Positions 32,550-46,775 of a stretch of DNA of 64,000 nt are shown one piece after another (position 1 is the stretch's first letter; each line of letters starts with the position of its first letter). The stretch lies in contig CM039009.1 in assembly GCA_017499595.2 (NCBI GenBank), positions 806,001 to 870,000 on the forward strand, in the 5' to 3' direction. The notes under the pieces were generated by a model. That model was not told the DNA's origin and did not search any database. It worked only from the letters and a program-made list of their open reading frames with translations. Origin of the DNA: Psilocybe cubensis. Its lineage: Eukaryota. Position numbers and translations under genes: made by a program.

Positions 32550-34595
32550 CTACAGAAATACACCGGAGCGCGCAAGGACTTGCAGTATAAGCTTTCTGAC
32601 CTGTAGCGACCTTTGTCTCAAAAATCATAAAAAGAAGAAATGTGTGATAAGTACCTGTCTCTTTGAAATTGGTTGTTCCTCGAAGTTCACAGTTTGTAGA
32701 ACTTTCCCATCACTGTAAAATGTATCCGGTAGAAAATCTTCTCTGTCATCATCGCTATCACTATCGTCGTTGTCATCGTCATCTTCTTCGTCGTCATCGT
32801 CGCTGTACTTGTCCTCGTCCGAGTATTCTGTTCTCCTCATACCCTCGGATATGTTGTAGCTTTGATGGATGAGTCCGAGCCTTGTTCTCATCCACTCAAG
32901 ATGAGTCTCATCAATCTCCGCTGCGTTGTTGTACTTCCTGACCCAATATTCCCTTTTCTCCGGTAGCTTAACGCAAGGTACAAACAATCAGAAAAAACGG
33001 TGCTGCAATTCAATAAAATATGCACTCACTTCCGAGAAGAGTCCCTCAACGGTAGTTAGAAGTTCCTTGAGCCTTGAGCTCTGTTTCTTGTAAGGGTTGT
33101 CAGTTAGCACAATCTCTCTGACGTCCGTTACTTCTAGTTTTAGGCTCTCAAATCCCTCAATTGCGATTCTCATTACCCTAAAGAGACGCTGACAATTAAT
33201 CATTCATATTGAACAATAAGTAAGATATCTTACTGCTTGATCTCCCTGAGCTTGCGAGTCTTCTGGCCAACCAAGATTTGATTGGCATGGGAGTAAATGT
33301 GAATATCGTAAAGCATCTTTACAATCTCGACAACCCGACCGTGGAAAGGCCGCCTAATGTTTGCTGCCAACTTGACGAGGTGAAGAATCTCTTCTGATGT
33401 ACTGACATCGGTGTGCTGTAATTTGAGTAATAGTCCCCTGACGGTCCTCCATTCTTCTTCAAGTGCCGCTAGTTTTCCTGAACTTTCACCAGATACAAAT
33501 TGTGAAAGAACATTGGTCGTCAAACTAATGCCGATCATCGTTCCATGTCGCAAATTGAAGCTTTATAGAATGACACTCACCTTTCTACTGCCCGCCACAC
33601 TGTGTGGCTTTTAAAATACTCACGCCATTCTGTCGATATTGTACCTGCCGTAATCAGAGCAAAAGGAACATATGCAAGCATAATTGTCTTGATTCCAAGG
33701 GCAGTAAGATTCTGTATGTCAGATAGTGAATCAGTTTCATAACATGTAATGAACGAGGAGAAACGACCTCTGGAAACAAATGATTGATTAGTTTTTCAGC
33801 CAGTTCCCCAATGGCCATGCGTACACTGGTCAACAGCTTTCCATTAAGCCTGTATAAATTAGTTAGCCCTGTATGACGCAGCGATCCCTAGAAAATAATT
33901 ACGGTTGATCAATATCAACATCCATTAATTTATTGGAAGAGATATATGCATTCAAGGCTTTAATCGTGTCGATATCGTCCTTCCTGCGAGACGCACTAGC
34001 ATCTGCCACAAGATAGGGCTGCAAGCCGCCAGATAGGATCTATAAAGAGTTACACAATAAATCTTGAGCTAAGAGTAAGGAGAAATGGACACACTGTGAA
34101 ATGCTCGTCGGCGAGATCCTTTAGGGCATTACGGAGCATTACCCTATCATTTTCCATTATCTCTATAAACATGATGGCCGACTCGATGCCATCTGTCGGT
34201 GGAAGATGGTCACGTTTAATGTCTTCTGGGTGGTTGACGTAGAAATTCAATAAAATCCTTTTAATTTGGAATCACTTGAAAAAATCAAGACATGGCCAAT
34301 GAGCTTGTTCGTACCTCTCTAGAACCGGTATAGCAAGCGTATAGTGATCGAATACCGCCCATTCCGCAGTGTTTGCACTTTGAATATGCGTTATGGAACT
34401 CAAAATGGCGTTGTATATTTTTGATGCCCGAAAGTACACTTGGTTTGACGAGTGTACATCGCGTACAAACTTGCTGATGGCAGTGGGAATATAATGCCTA
34501 AGGAGAACCTCGATTAAGTTTGTGGCGGGGAAGCCCTCTGGAACGTCGGAAGCTTGATTGATAATTGTGAGGCTACTGATCGTCGTTGTATCCAT
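32550..34595 (-). CDS. Uncharacterised multi-exon acidic protein, copy 2
   Basis: Inverted paralog of 3055-5072 with a longer D/E tract. Confidence 0.7.
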
Positions 34596-35198
34596 AGTGT
34601 TATTATCCAAGTGAAATTGACGCTAGGGACTTTATCAACCTCAGTGCGCGGGTTCTTCGGGTAAACAAACAGCAAATATTTCGCTGGGACCTTCCAGAGT
34701 CACATTTATAGTTTTAATGAGAATAACAACGGTATGGAACCCGATAGCTGGGTTTTTGTTCCGAATTGTAGCGAATTGAAAAGCGATTCGTACCTCATAT
34801 CAATAGATCGGTGGATAGCCTAAGAAGTAGATGAAGCTGAAAAGAGTTCAGAATTAGCTGATCCAAGTAAATATCCATTGTTCATGTGATTTCATATTGT
34901 ACAGATAACAGTCATGAGACCTCACAAAATGACCCACGAGTGCTTATATTAGGAGACCTTGCTTAAAATTAGCCGGGCGCCAATGTCATTTATCCGAGAA
35001 GCGCTGAAGGCTGGCATACCTAGATAGCAATGTTGTCCCTCATTCATGGCGTAAGGGCCGACATTCCCTTGCACAATGCCTTCTCAACGCCATGAGTCCA
35101 GATAGATAATCATGAAACTGCACATGATAGCTAATGCCACACGAGCGTAAAGTAATTATATTCACTGTTCTGTCTCGTTCGACCTCCTGTTTCACAAA

Positions 35199-36887
35199 TT
35201 ATTTGAAGTGAATCGATACATCCATATCTTGGTTGCTTGAGAAATTTTGCCTATGATAGATTCAGGTCAGCTCCAAGCCAATGACCAAAATATTGGTAGA
35301 TATACTTGATGTGATATCTTGCCTGCGAACCGCACTTCAGACTGAAGTAGTAGTCGGTATGGGCAAGAAGCTTTCTAGGTCGCGAGATTTGAGCTGGTCC
35401 CAGAGACCCTGTTTGGGCAGGAGCGGGGCCCTGAGTCCTGATAGAATCCAGGTCGGGATCAGGATCGAGATACACGAAATCGATTCTATCTCTTTCATTC
35501 AGGTTCTTGAGCGTAACATCGACTGTGGTTTTTGGCCAACCACCTGGCGGCGCAATACAACGAGCAGGAACCCGTTGCTTACTCGCGCGTGGTGTAGACT
35601 ATGTAATGCATCAGCGTATGTTCATCAATCCCAGATACTTGATCAAGACACTTGCCTTACGCCATACCTGTTCTCGCACAGACAAAATATCCTTTCCATC
35701 AGCCCACGTGTTCACGACCTCATCAAACTCTGGTGGCTCCTCATACACCTGGTTATACTTGAGTGTGTAAACCTTTTTTTCTTTTCCCGATAACCACTCC
35801 CAGACAGCGTTAACCATTTCTTTCAAGGTAAACCCACTTTTGTGTAAACCTTTAATAGGTTCTGAATATTGTCGAGAAAGCTCCTCAAGCCCCATTTGCT
35901 CAAGAGCGTACCCAATGATGAAAGCGGAAAGAACGCGAACGTCAAGCAGGGGAACAAGTTTTCCCCTGCATGTCATATGAACTCGACAAATTCTAACAGA
36001 GGTGAGAACAAACTTACTTACCTGGTGATTTTTGCCAGGGCTAAGTAAAAATCATGGGCGTACTGTGCAGTACACTTTAGTTTGTATTGTCCCGGACGAT
36101 AATAAATCGAAAATTGTACATACATCGTTCTCGTTACTCAGCACAGGCTCGCAAGCTACAATCAGCTATTGTTGAAATGAAGAAAAAGTCACCACAGTGC
36201 TGCTGAAACGAACTAACAAAAATGATGTACCATCGTTATCCCCTTTTCTGCCATCTTCTTTGCGATCTTCAGAGGATCATGACCTAAACCAATTTATTAA
36301 CTTTGTCGATATCAAGGCATAAATTCACCTACCGTTTGGATCTCCCTGCGGGAATTCATCATCTTCTTCGCCAATCCCATGTGGGGCGGCGTCCGTAATT
36401 AAGATTACCAGCTTTGCGGCATCAGTCCTCCATTCAAGCCTAAGACTATGCTCCAATGCAGCAGTAACGGCTTCAGGATAATCCGAGCCTCCATTAGCCT
36501 CCAGGGACCTAAGATTATGGTAGAATTGTTCGACGTCGAATGTAAATCCACCAAAGTCCTTGGTAACGAAGTCTTCATCTTCACCATGATCACAAAACGC
36601 AATCAGGCCAACGCGCATCCCCTCTTTACGCGTATCGAGGTTCCCGAGTCCTTGGATGACACTAACAATCTCCAAACAACGACTGACGGTCCCTGAGATG
36701 TAAGGAGTTTGACTTGCCGTGCAGTCATGAATAAACAGAAGATCGCTATTAAGGATAAGCATTGTATGAAATGCTGCGCCAAGTAAATCGGTGCTCACAG
36801 AGATTTGGGACCACTGGGTGGGGTCGTAACTGGTGCCTCTGGAGTCAGTTTTTTGTTCTTTTTTTGAGTTTGACGTGGCTTCATCAT
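35199..36887 (-). CDS. vWA domain protein, copy 2
   Basis: Inverted near-identical paralog of 761-2452 with splice sites retained. Confidence 0.85.
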
Positions 36888-38087
36888 CGTTTAGGGTGGA
36901 CTGGAAGTGGCGTCTCTGATAGTGGAAGTGGGATTCAAACAGAAATTTGCCAACGGAAAGGATACCGACCAGATATAAAGGCAGTCTCCGCGATGCAGCC
37001 TCATGTACTACCTGTTTATTTTCAGTTCCCCAGTGATAATCTAACAGAGAAAATTCGTTAAAACATCTTCTATTCTAATTGAACTATTTTGGGTAGCCGA
37101 ACACGACCGCGAGTTCTCTTCGGTGGCACAAATCTGAGGTGGTGTGACTGAGGGTCAATATAATACCGAAGACATCTCAATGTAGAAGTTTCAGACCTGG
37201 CATGTGGGTTCAACACCGCACAAAACTCAATCCGAGTGTAGCTTAGCCGCCGATGCATTTTGAGGACTTCTGTTATCTCGAGTTGATCGCCAAAGCGCGC
37301 AAAATTCTTCTCCGAGGTTCATCTGATATAGTTCTCAACTCATGCATTCGGGTTGGTCCTTCATGTGTCTTAACAGTGCATTTGAGCAAACATTACTGCC
37401 CCAGGGTTTAGGGATATATCAAGTACTGGGGTACTAGAGAAGCCTCCAAGTTTGTGCCTGTCACAATCCAACAAAATTAAATTTGAGCTTTGATGATAGG
37501 GGCCCGAATTTTTTTGATCAATTACCGCCTTCTGTTGTATGCAGACGCGCCCTGATACAGGAAACCGATTGCCCCAATCCTCAAGTCACGTACGGAGCGG
37601 TGGCAGGCGACGAATGCTGCTCGTCGTAGTGAAGGCAGATGGAGGAACAGGGGGAAAAATGAATGGCCTACGAAGCTCCTCGACGGTGTGTATGGAGCGG
37701 AGGGGGCGACGGGCAAGAAAAAGGAGCATGGCCTACTCGTCGTGGACCCTGAGTCAACGACCGAGATACGAACATCACACAGCCATCGAACGTGCCCCAT
37801 CAGCCAGCCTAAAAAGCAGCAGTCCGCGCCACGCTTGAACATTGGTAAAGTATATTATCTTGAAGTCACCTCTAATGCCTGCCGGTCTGTGATTCAGCCC
37901 TGGTGCTTAAAGCGGAGGTCCGAAAGAGCAAGGCCTGCGAGGTAAGAGTGGCCTGCGAGGACAGTGGGCAGGGAATACGAGACGGATCCGAAACTACATG
38001 TCATTGGGGCAGTGGTATCAAGATCAAGTTTCAAACATACCATATATATTGATGTCTACCAATTGACTGTCGATGTCCTGGAGTCGT

Positions 38088-38235
38088 GAAGAAGCCTCCA
38101 AGTTTGTGGGCCCGAAAGTTTTGGTCTCTTACCGCCTTTTGTTGTATGCAAACACGCCTTGATGCAGGAAACCAACTGTTCTAATCCTCCACAAGTAGCG
38201 TCCCCCTTTGCACGTTATAAGCACAGGCTGTAAGC
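38088..38235. repeat. Local direct duplication of ~37435-37585; also matches window positions ~1-130 in reverse
   Basis: GAAGCCTCCAAGTTTGTG, GGCCCGAA, TTACCGCCTT.TGTTGTATGCA.AC.CGCC and CAGGAAACC occur in both places. Confidence 0.75.
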
Positions 38236-40125
38236 GTATACCCGAAAACGTGAGTTCAGGTTTGAACGATGGGCAATACGGAAGACGCACCAGACGCTGG
38301 CCAGGCCGGCCATGACCGTATTCTTGAAGTGTTTGTCGGATGCGATGCCCTCAGTGGCATAGAGCATGGACTGGAGGTGGTGAAAGAGGAATGGTGTGCG
38401 AGACGACTGGTGGTTGGGTTAGGAAGCCGAAGCTGGCGTGCGAGACGAGCATTAGGGACTCTTCTCGAACGACCGCAACGACGAACATGTCGTTGTGGTC
38501 GTTCGGGTGGACTGACGAGCAAAATACCGTGCGAGCAGATCACGTCATCGTTCGCAGTATGGTTGGTTTCTCTTTGTTTTCAACCGGTTGTCTTTTTCTA
38601 CTATAAGTACGAAAAATCTGAATAGGTATATACACCTTGCCTTTCCATTCATGCTCTTCCGCTTCCCTTGTATCTATCTACTATTCGTTATTTTTTTGTT
38701 TATTATCTCGAGAGTCTCGAGATAAGAGAGCCAAGGCGGTTTCCTGAGAGTATCACTCGAAGTTTTAGTTGTATAGTTGTAGATGTAGCTATAGTTGGAA
38801 TTAGCAGAAGGAACGGAAAAATTCACCTTGGTGCCAGTGGACTGCTACTGAAAACTGTGTGGGTGAAGGATTAATGAATCATACGTGGCTTTCTAATAGT
38901 AACACATACAATCCGCCAGGTTTAGTTTTGAAATTCAAATTAAATTATGCGGAGCACAAGCGGAGTATTGAGGTGCACAACCCAGCAGCGTTAGAAATGC
39001 AATCACTTTATAGGTATAAGGGTTGATGGTCCTCCATTTTGACTCACGTTAACACCTGAGGAAAGCCACAATAGTGATTTTCCAAGTCCGACGTGACATC
39101 GTGTGACTCTGCCGAAATCAAACCCAGCCGGCAAAACTTGAGCGGAGCTTGAAACATGCCGAGTGATGGTGTACAAGCCTAGGTCACCGGGGTCCACTGC
39201 GCAACATTCATGATCAATCCTGGGATACTCACACTCATGTCTGCGACAATCTCCTCTTGCCGATGTCAGGACTCTGGATCGCGGTGTATGTATATCCCAA
39301 GGAGTCCCTATCTATTTCGGTCCGCTTAATTTTGGCTTTTTTCCAACAACAACAACAACTCCGGGACAGTGCACATCAGCCAGCTCAACAATCAATGATT
39401 CATCTCCTTCACCTGTCGGGTAGGGGGAAAGAGAGATTCAGGGCAGAACGCGTTCTCGTCGGTCGCCCTAATGGCGCGTTCTCTCCTAAAAAGACCCCCA
39501 AGTCTCAGAAATATCAGACATCCAGACGTTGACAGCGCATAGTCTCCGTATCCATTACCTCCAGCGGCCTTCGCTCGGTTCTATCGGCAGAACAGCGACA
39601 GGTTAAGTTCTGACAGTCAAATCAGGACAGATATCCTGCTGCACAACAAACCAAAAACCCCCATTTGAAGGGGCGGCCGTCTGGTTCTGTCCTCATTACC
39701 GTGTCTGCCGCAGGTAATCACGTCCACTTGAACTGATGCTATCTATCTCTTGCCCTTCTCGGAGGGTGGGACGTGGACGTAATTGGAACGGAGGGGGAGG
39801 GGGGGCGCAAGGGGACCCTGCATGGATCGTGCATCGTGCAATTCTGCAAAGCAAAAATAGAGTTATCCCAACTTTCTTTTACGAGGCGTGGGTTTGGCAA
39901 GTCTCGGGCCATACTCCTCCCGTCAATGCGAAAAAGAAGTCGCCAGCCAGCCAGCGAGCCAGGCACCCTCGACTCCTGGATCCAGAATCCAGATCTAGCA
40001 ATCGCTCCGTCCCCCCTCACCCACCCCCTTCATGTTTACCGTTATAGCTATAAAAACAGTTCACCTTGACTTTTGCTCGAACAATCTCTGTCCCCCGTGC
40101 ATTTTCTTGTGTGCAGGTTATCAGG

Positions 40126-43100
40126 ATGGGTATCTTAGATATCCTGTCCGTACCGCTCGCTATAGCAGCTGCGACTGTTCCTGTGAGTCTCATAGTGAAA
40201 CCCTGCCCCGGAGTGGGGGAGGGATCGCCCTCCGCTCCACAGCGTTTATTTCCGTATTCCGTATTCCGTACTTCCATGTGCTAACGAGCTCCACCACGTA
40301 TGTGTATTGATAGCTCGTCCGCGCCGAACACATCAACGTCCAACACCTCCAACGACGTCTGACCATCCCAACGACCCTCCCGAAAACATGGCAATTCCAG
40401 GCGTGTGTGCTGTAAGTCTCGTCCGCCTCTTACTCACGCCGACGCGTCGATTTCTCATGCGGACACGCACATATGACAGAGACAACGTGAATGGTGCTGG
40501 ACGCACGTTGCAGAGCGCGTCGACAACGAGCCCGAATATGACCATTGAGACTTGCATCAATTTTTGCGATGCGGGAGGGTTTTTCTTTGCAGGTGTTGAG
40601 TTTGCTGTGAGTTATTTCTTTCTCCTTGTTCTGCGCATCACTCTCCCTACCCTACTCGCGCTCGACCTTTGAACTGATTCTTGTATTATCTATCTAGGAT
40701 GAATGCTGTGAGCACCACTTTCACTTTACCTTTCCTTCTTTGCCACCCCCCCCCCTCCCCCTACTTCTTACACTTCATCCTTCTCGCGTCGTCTTCCATT
40801 CTCGACCGACGTACGCGTCGGTCGAGAATAGGATTGGCCATAGAAGGATGTGTTGATTCGATCAAATCAAATGAACTGCGAGAAACAAAGTCTAATCTGG
40901 CTGACCCACCACCCCCCGAAATTAGATTGCGGGAACGCTGTGACCGCGCCCAACGCCACGCTCTCCGACTGCAACATGGCCTGTGCAGGCAACCCCGCCG
41001 AGCCGTGCGGTGCAGGAAACCGACTGGACGTGTTCTGGAATGGCAAGATGCCCCCTGCGCCTCCGCAGATTGTGCCGAGCGTTGGCAAATGGGTTTCGCT
41101 TGGTTGCTTTACGTACGTGTGATCCTTTCTTTTTTCATTTCCCATTTCATTTCGTTGTCGTTTTTTTGGTTTCCTCCGAGACGAGGTTGGCAGTGTTTGA
41201 CGGACTGACTGGCTGGCTGGTTGGGTGTTCGGCCATCTTTCGATCTCGGAGTTTATGCTGCTGTGTCAACACATTGTTCTCGTCCGCCATGCCGTTTTTA
41301 ATTATTGGATCTACGTGGATTCCTGGACGGCAATGCGGGTTCCGTTTCTATTTTCTGTTCTGTTCTCCTTCTTTCTACTACTTCTTCAACAAAGGGCTTG
41401 TCTTGGCACTTCATTTTTTGTGCCTTGGCTAAACCATAATCAGCTTCCAACGCGCTTTCACGAGAGCTGTGCTTGTGTTCAAGTTTCAACTGTCGTGCTT
41501 CTCTACAAGACACGCCCCCTTTTTTCCATCGCGTCGCGTTCGTTATCGCTCTATCGCGTGTCTTCTTTGCCTTCGGCGGATTTTGCATGTGCATTTCCCA
41601 TTTCTCTTTCATGGGTACCCATCTTGAGTCCCTATTTCTTCATTCATACACCCCTTCATATCTTCGGACCTTCGTCGCTTCCCAAATTCGCGATATGCAT
41701 GCATTGTAATCGACTCATACTGATGCTGATTTTCGGTCTATCAGCGATAATGTCAACGGACAGGGACGTTCGTTGCCCAATCCGACTACTCCAGCGGGAC
41801 AGGTCACTATCGAGTCGTGCACGACTGCATGCTTCAATGCTGGATTTGGACTTTCGGGGACTGAGTTCTCAGAGTGAGTGGTGCTACTTTTTTTTAAAAA
41901 AAAATTGGAGTGTGTGAGCTGACGCGTTTGTGCTTTTTTGTACTTTGACTTTTACTTTTTTTCATTTACATATTCATAATGATTTCAATTTTGATTTCAT
42001 TTATTTTTGTTTGACTTGACTTGACTCGACTATTTTGACTTTACTTGGCTTGGGGGGTCTTGATGATAAAGTGAATGCTGTAAGTGACCGATTTACCTCA
42101 CGACGTTTGATAGTCATAGCTGACTCTCACACCCATCTTTCTCCCTTCCTTCCTTCTTTCCATCTGTCGCCTTTCTTCCTGCTCTTCTTCCTGTTCTTCC
42201 TTTTCCATCCAACCCCATGATCATCACTCGCCAGATTGCGCCTCGGCAATAACCAATGGTGGCGTCTCTGCGAGCGCTGCGGACTGTAACATGGTCTGTC
42301 AAGGAAACAGCTCGGAGTTCTGCGGAGGTCCGAATAGATTAAACGTCTACAATTATACTGGCACAGACCTGCCTGTTGTCTCTGGCGGAGGCGGAGGTGC
42401 AGCCGGTGGAGGAGGTGGAGGAGGCACGGCTCTAGGTGTCTTCCCTGTCCTCTCGGGTCTTCCTACTGGCTGGTCGTACAACGCTTGCTGGGTGTAAGTC
42501 TCTTTTCAACTTATACTTGATGGCGGACTTGATCTCATTACTGGGTATACAGTGATAACGCCCATGGACGCGCGTTCGTTTTCCAGGCTCCTGGAAGCCA
42601 AACCAACACCATTCAGTCCTGTATCGCGCAGTGCCAGGCGCAGAACTTCACCGTCGCAGGAACAGAGTTCTCTGACGAATGCTGTACGTACCATCGTCCC
42701 CTCCTCATTTCCGTTTTCTTGGTTAGGTGTTAACGCGCCCATCTGCAGACTGCGGCAACACCCTCGTTGATGGCGCCGTCATTGCCTCTGACCCGACAAC
42801 GTGCAACATGGGATGCGCAGGAAATGCGACGTACGTATATCATTCTTGCTCCTCCTCCTCGCGTTCATTTCCGCTTTTTGTGTGCCGCGCATCGAGCGTC
42901 CCGCTTACGTCTTTGTTCTTGTGTTGTCCAGGCAAGCATGTGGAGGCCCTAACCGCCTGTCTGTGTACACCTCCAACAAGCCGCTCGTCGCACTCCCTGT
43001 TCCCTCCGCAATGACCACCAATCTTCCAGGAAACTGGACGTACAAGGGTTGTCTCAGGTGACTTCTTTCATGGTTGATTTTTATTCGTTATTTATCGATT

Positions 43101-45790
43101 TTTAATATGAAGAGAAACCGCCACCGGAAAGATGTTCCCTAACCAGATCATCTGGATCGGCAACAACACTGCGCTTGCTTGCATGAACCAGTGTGCCGCC
43201 TTCGGATTCACCGCTGCTGGTGTCGAGGTGGGTTCTGGACTCTCGCTGATTACATCGATTCTTTTCTAACACCCAGGTTCTTTTCTTCTTTTTCTTCTTC
43301 TTCCCTAGTTTGGGCAAGAGTGCTGTAAGTGATACCCTTCAATTGACAGGCGATCTGCAAATCCAACACACTTGGCTGATAATAAATTATTATTACTATA
43401 CAGACTGTGGTGATGTCTCCGACGTCACGAACAACAACGGTGTCTTTGGCGCAGAGAGTGAGTGCACGACGCCCTGCCCGGGCGATCCCGTGCACCTGTG
43501 CGGTGACGGAAACAGGTTGAATACCTACTTCTGGAACGGTGTCGTCAACAACTGGCAGACGCCCAGCAACATTGGACGATACGAGGTAAGCCTTCCCCTT
43601 TTCTTGGGTTGACCTTTCTGGGCGATGGGCTGATCATTGTACGCTTTTTCCCACAGTTCCTCGGTAAGTGGCGCCCGGCTTTTGGGGTTGCAATGGTTCG
43701 TTGACACTTTCCGTCTATCGTATCCATGATTCTCTAGTGCCTGGGTACGTCATTTCAACATCTCGTTTTGAGTAATAAGTTGGAGCCACATTGCTTATTA
43801 TGTGTTCGCCTCTGATCTCCCAGTCTGGTTGTTCCGCTGATCGCTACATTGGGTATCAACAACAAGGTTACCTTTTTGGAGAAAGGAGGAACCGGGTGCG
43901 TTTTCTTTTGAAATTTGAGTATTTTTTAAAGGTGCTGATGATCTTCATACTTTCAGTATCCCGAACGCTACTGGCGCATACGAGCTTGACTTGAGCTTGG
44001 TAAACAACTTTGGAAAGACATGGCGAGAGATGCACATCAAGACCGACGTGTTCTGCTCTGGAAGTGTTATTATGCCCGACAAGGCTGGAAGGCAAATCAA
44101 CGTTGCAGGATGGGCTGAAGATTCCAACTTTGGTGTCCGCCTCTACACGCCCAGCGGCTTTACTGGAGTCAATGGCACCACCGACTGGGAGGAAAATGGC
44201 GATGTGCTCAAATTGCAGGTATGCAGAGGTGCAGTGTACAATTAACCGATGGCAAATCGCTGATTTTGCTCCTTTAGCGTGCTCGGTGGTACCCAACGGC
44301 CACTGTTCTTTCGAATGGCTCGATTCTCGTTATGGGAGGAGAGATTGGAAGTAACTCTGCTCCTCAACCCAACTTGGAAATTCTTCCCAAGCCTGATGGA
44401 GGCGACACCGTCATCGACTTGGACTTCCTTCTCAGAACCGATCCTAACAACTTGTATCCGTTCGTGATTGTCCTTCCTAGCACTAACCTCTTCGTAGGCA
44501 AGTCTATTCACGCTCTATGAGTGCGCATAGAGCTGAATGTTATTTAGGGTACTTCAACGAGGCTAGAATTTTGGAGCCCAAGACGTTCACCACAATCAAG
44601 ACTCTTCCCAACATTCCCGGTAACGTCAACAACTGTAAGTTACTTATTACTTTCGCTCTTCTCTGAAATCTAATAGCTGTGCAGTCCTGGCTGGCCGTAC
44701 ATACCCGCTTGAGGGTGAGCATTTACTTACTGGTTCTGGAACGTAACTGATTCTCGAATCCAGGTTCTGCTGTTCCTCTACCATTGCACTTCCCGTATAC
44801 CGATCCTCTACAAGTCTTCATTTGCGGTGGTTCGACCAATGGTGCTGGCGACGCCATCGATAACTGTGTCACAATTGCTCCTGAGGCAGCCAACCCAACC
44901 TGGACCCTTGAACGCATGGTGAGTCCTTGTGTTCATCCACTGGATATTTCATGAATCTTGTCTTATCCGTTTTAGCCGTCTAAACGAGTTATGCCCAACC
45001 TCGTCCCTCTTCCTGACGGTACCGTCTTTATCTGCAACGGAGCTACTCAAGGTTACGCTGGATTCGGTTTGGCCAACAACCCGAACTTGAACGCTCTGCT
45101 TTACGACCCTACTCAACCTGTTGGCTCCCGCTTCTCGATTCTCAACAACACCATCGTTGCGCGCATGTATCACTCAGAGGCAATTTTATTGCCGGATGGC
45201 CGTGTCCTCATTTCTGGCTCCGACCCACAGACCGATAACCCTGACGGTACCGTCAAGTACCCTGAGGAGTTCCGTATCGAGGTAAGAATGCATTTCTTTT
45301 TCTTTTTCGGATGGTTCATTAATCAGCAATTCTTCAGGTTTACATCCCTCCTTACCTGAACCAGGGTCTCACACCACCGAACTTCACTTTACCTAACAGC
45401 GACTGGGCATACGGCTCTACCAATACGATTACCAATGTCAAGTTCTTCCAAGGTCCCATTTCTAAATTGAGAGTCTCTCTTGTTGCTGGTACGTTGTCGA
45501 ATTAGGTTTTTAACATGTAGTGGCATATCTTAAACTATTATACAGCCGCCTCCAGTACACACGGAAACGCCATGGGAGCGAGGACCATCTTCCCTCAATT
45601 CAGTTGCTCCGGAACCACTTGCACTATTACCGCACCTCCCAATGCCGGAGTCTCTCCTCCAGGATGGCATCAACTCTTCCTTCTGGATGGACCCACTCCT
45701 TCTCACTCTCAATGGGTGCGCATTGGTGGTGACCCAGCTCAGCTTGGTAATTGGCCTAACCTTCCTGGATTCACTGTCCCTGGAGTTTAA
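40126..45790 (+). CDS. Secreted copper radical oxidase (AA5_1, glyoxal oxidase-like) with four N-terminal WSC domains
   Basis: Signal-peptide-like [23 protein letters not shown]; four WSC repeats (C...CNMAC.GN..E.CG..NRL.V); catalytic-domain motifs DVFCSG, RWYPT, RMYHSEA, STHGN; ends PGFTVPGV*. Many introns. Confidence 0.93.
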
Positions 45791-46183
45791 AGCTCCCTTA
45801 CAATTCGGACTTCTAAATTGGACAATTTGAGCAAACTATTCCTTTTTATTCGCTCTTTATGTAGTTTATTGAGCCGTTGAGCGATGCTGCCGAGTCTCTT
45901 TTCCATGCGTTTATTGATCGTTCTGTCCATTTCCCAAGCTTTAATATATATAAATGTTATCTCTTCAGTGTGAATTTTGATGTCGATGCCTACGTCTGGG
46001 CCTCTGCGGATTGGAGGTGTGAAAACGACATATGCCAACATGCATGTACTAGGCACAAGGGCAGTGCTTCTCATGTGTGTCTTCTCCCGAATGGAAGTTC
46101 TTCGGATACCGGGGCTGTCAAAACCGCTCGGAGGTTTGTTATTTTTATGCAAATCCCGAATAATTGAACTCGACATATGTGTA

Positions 46184-46775
46184 AGATTGGGCTCATCAGG
46201 AACCAGCACCCCCTTAGGTAAGCAAAAGTTGGCTTACCTCCGAACCTTTTCAACCCTTCTGCACTCACACTATTCTACATTTTTGAACCACAGATATGTA
46301 GGTTATGCTTCTTTGAACACATCTGTGGTTTTTTTTTTCAAAAAAATTTTGATCTCAAGAAGTTATAAAGATTTTAATTTTTTTCCTTTTTTTTTAGTCT
46401 AACACGTCAGAAATGGTGTTTTCTCGAGTTTGGGAGATTTTCGAAAATTTGACAATGTTCTTTTGGCCGCTTATATAATGGTACACGTGACCACACGTGA
46501 CAATAAGTCACGCCTAAGTAATACCTCTCAGACTCATTATGGACTTCCAGAGACTACAATTTGACCTCTGAGGTGTAATTCTATTATTGTGGGCATAAAG
46601 GCTAGTAGTAAGGATTGTATATGCACATTTATGAATTTTTTTTTTTTAAACTTTTTGTCTGAAACCATTTTCCGTCAACATAACTTTTGATTTTTTTTTC
46701 GAGCTGGATTTTGGCCGCTCTTGGCGCCAAGCCCATTGATTACGTAAGGGTGCTGGTTTCTGATGAGCCCAATCT
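46184..46775. mobile_element. MITE / non-autonomous TIR element (TA flanks, Tc1/mariner-like)
   Basis: AGATTGGGCTCATCAGGAACCAGCACCC vs GGGTGCTGGTTTCTGATGAGCCCAATCT (1 mismatch), TA on both sides, AT-rich non-coding interior. Confidence 0.75.

Larger units (their letters stand above)
25782..38235. repeat. Right arm of the inverted duplication
   Basis: Reverse complement of 1-15598 without the LTR element and with extra segments (27615-29310, ~29390-30010, ~37585-38087). Confidence 0.95.

Noticed and set aside
1-38235. Arms as TIRs of a giant transposon or Starship-like element
   Set aside because: No transposase or tyrosine recombinase seen; arms consist of host-like genes and include a broken host gene junction.
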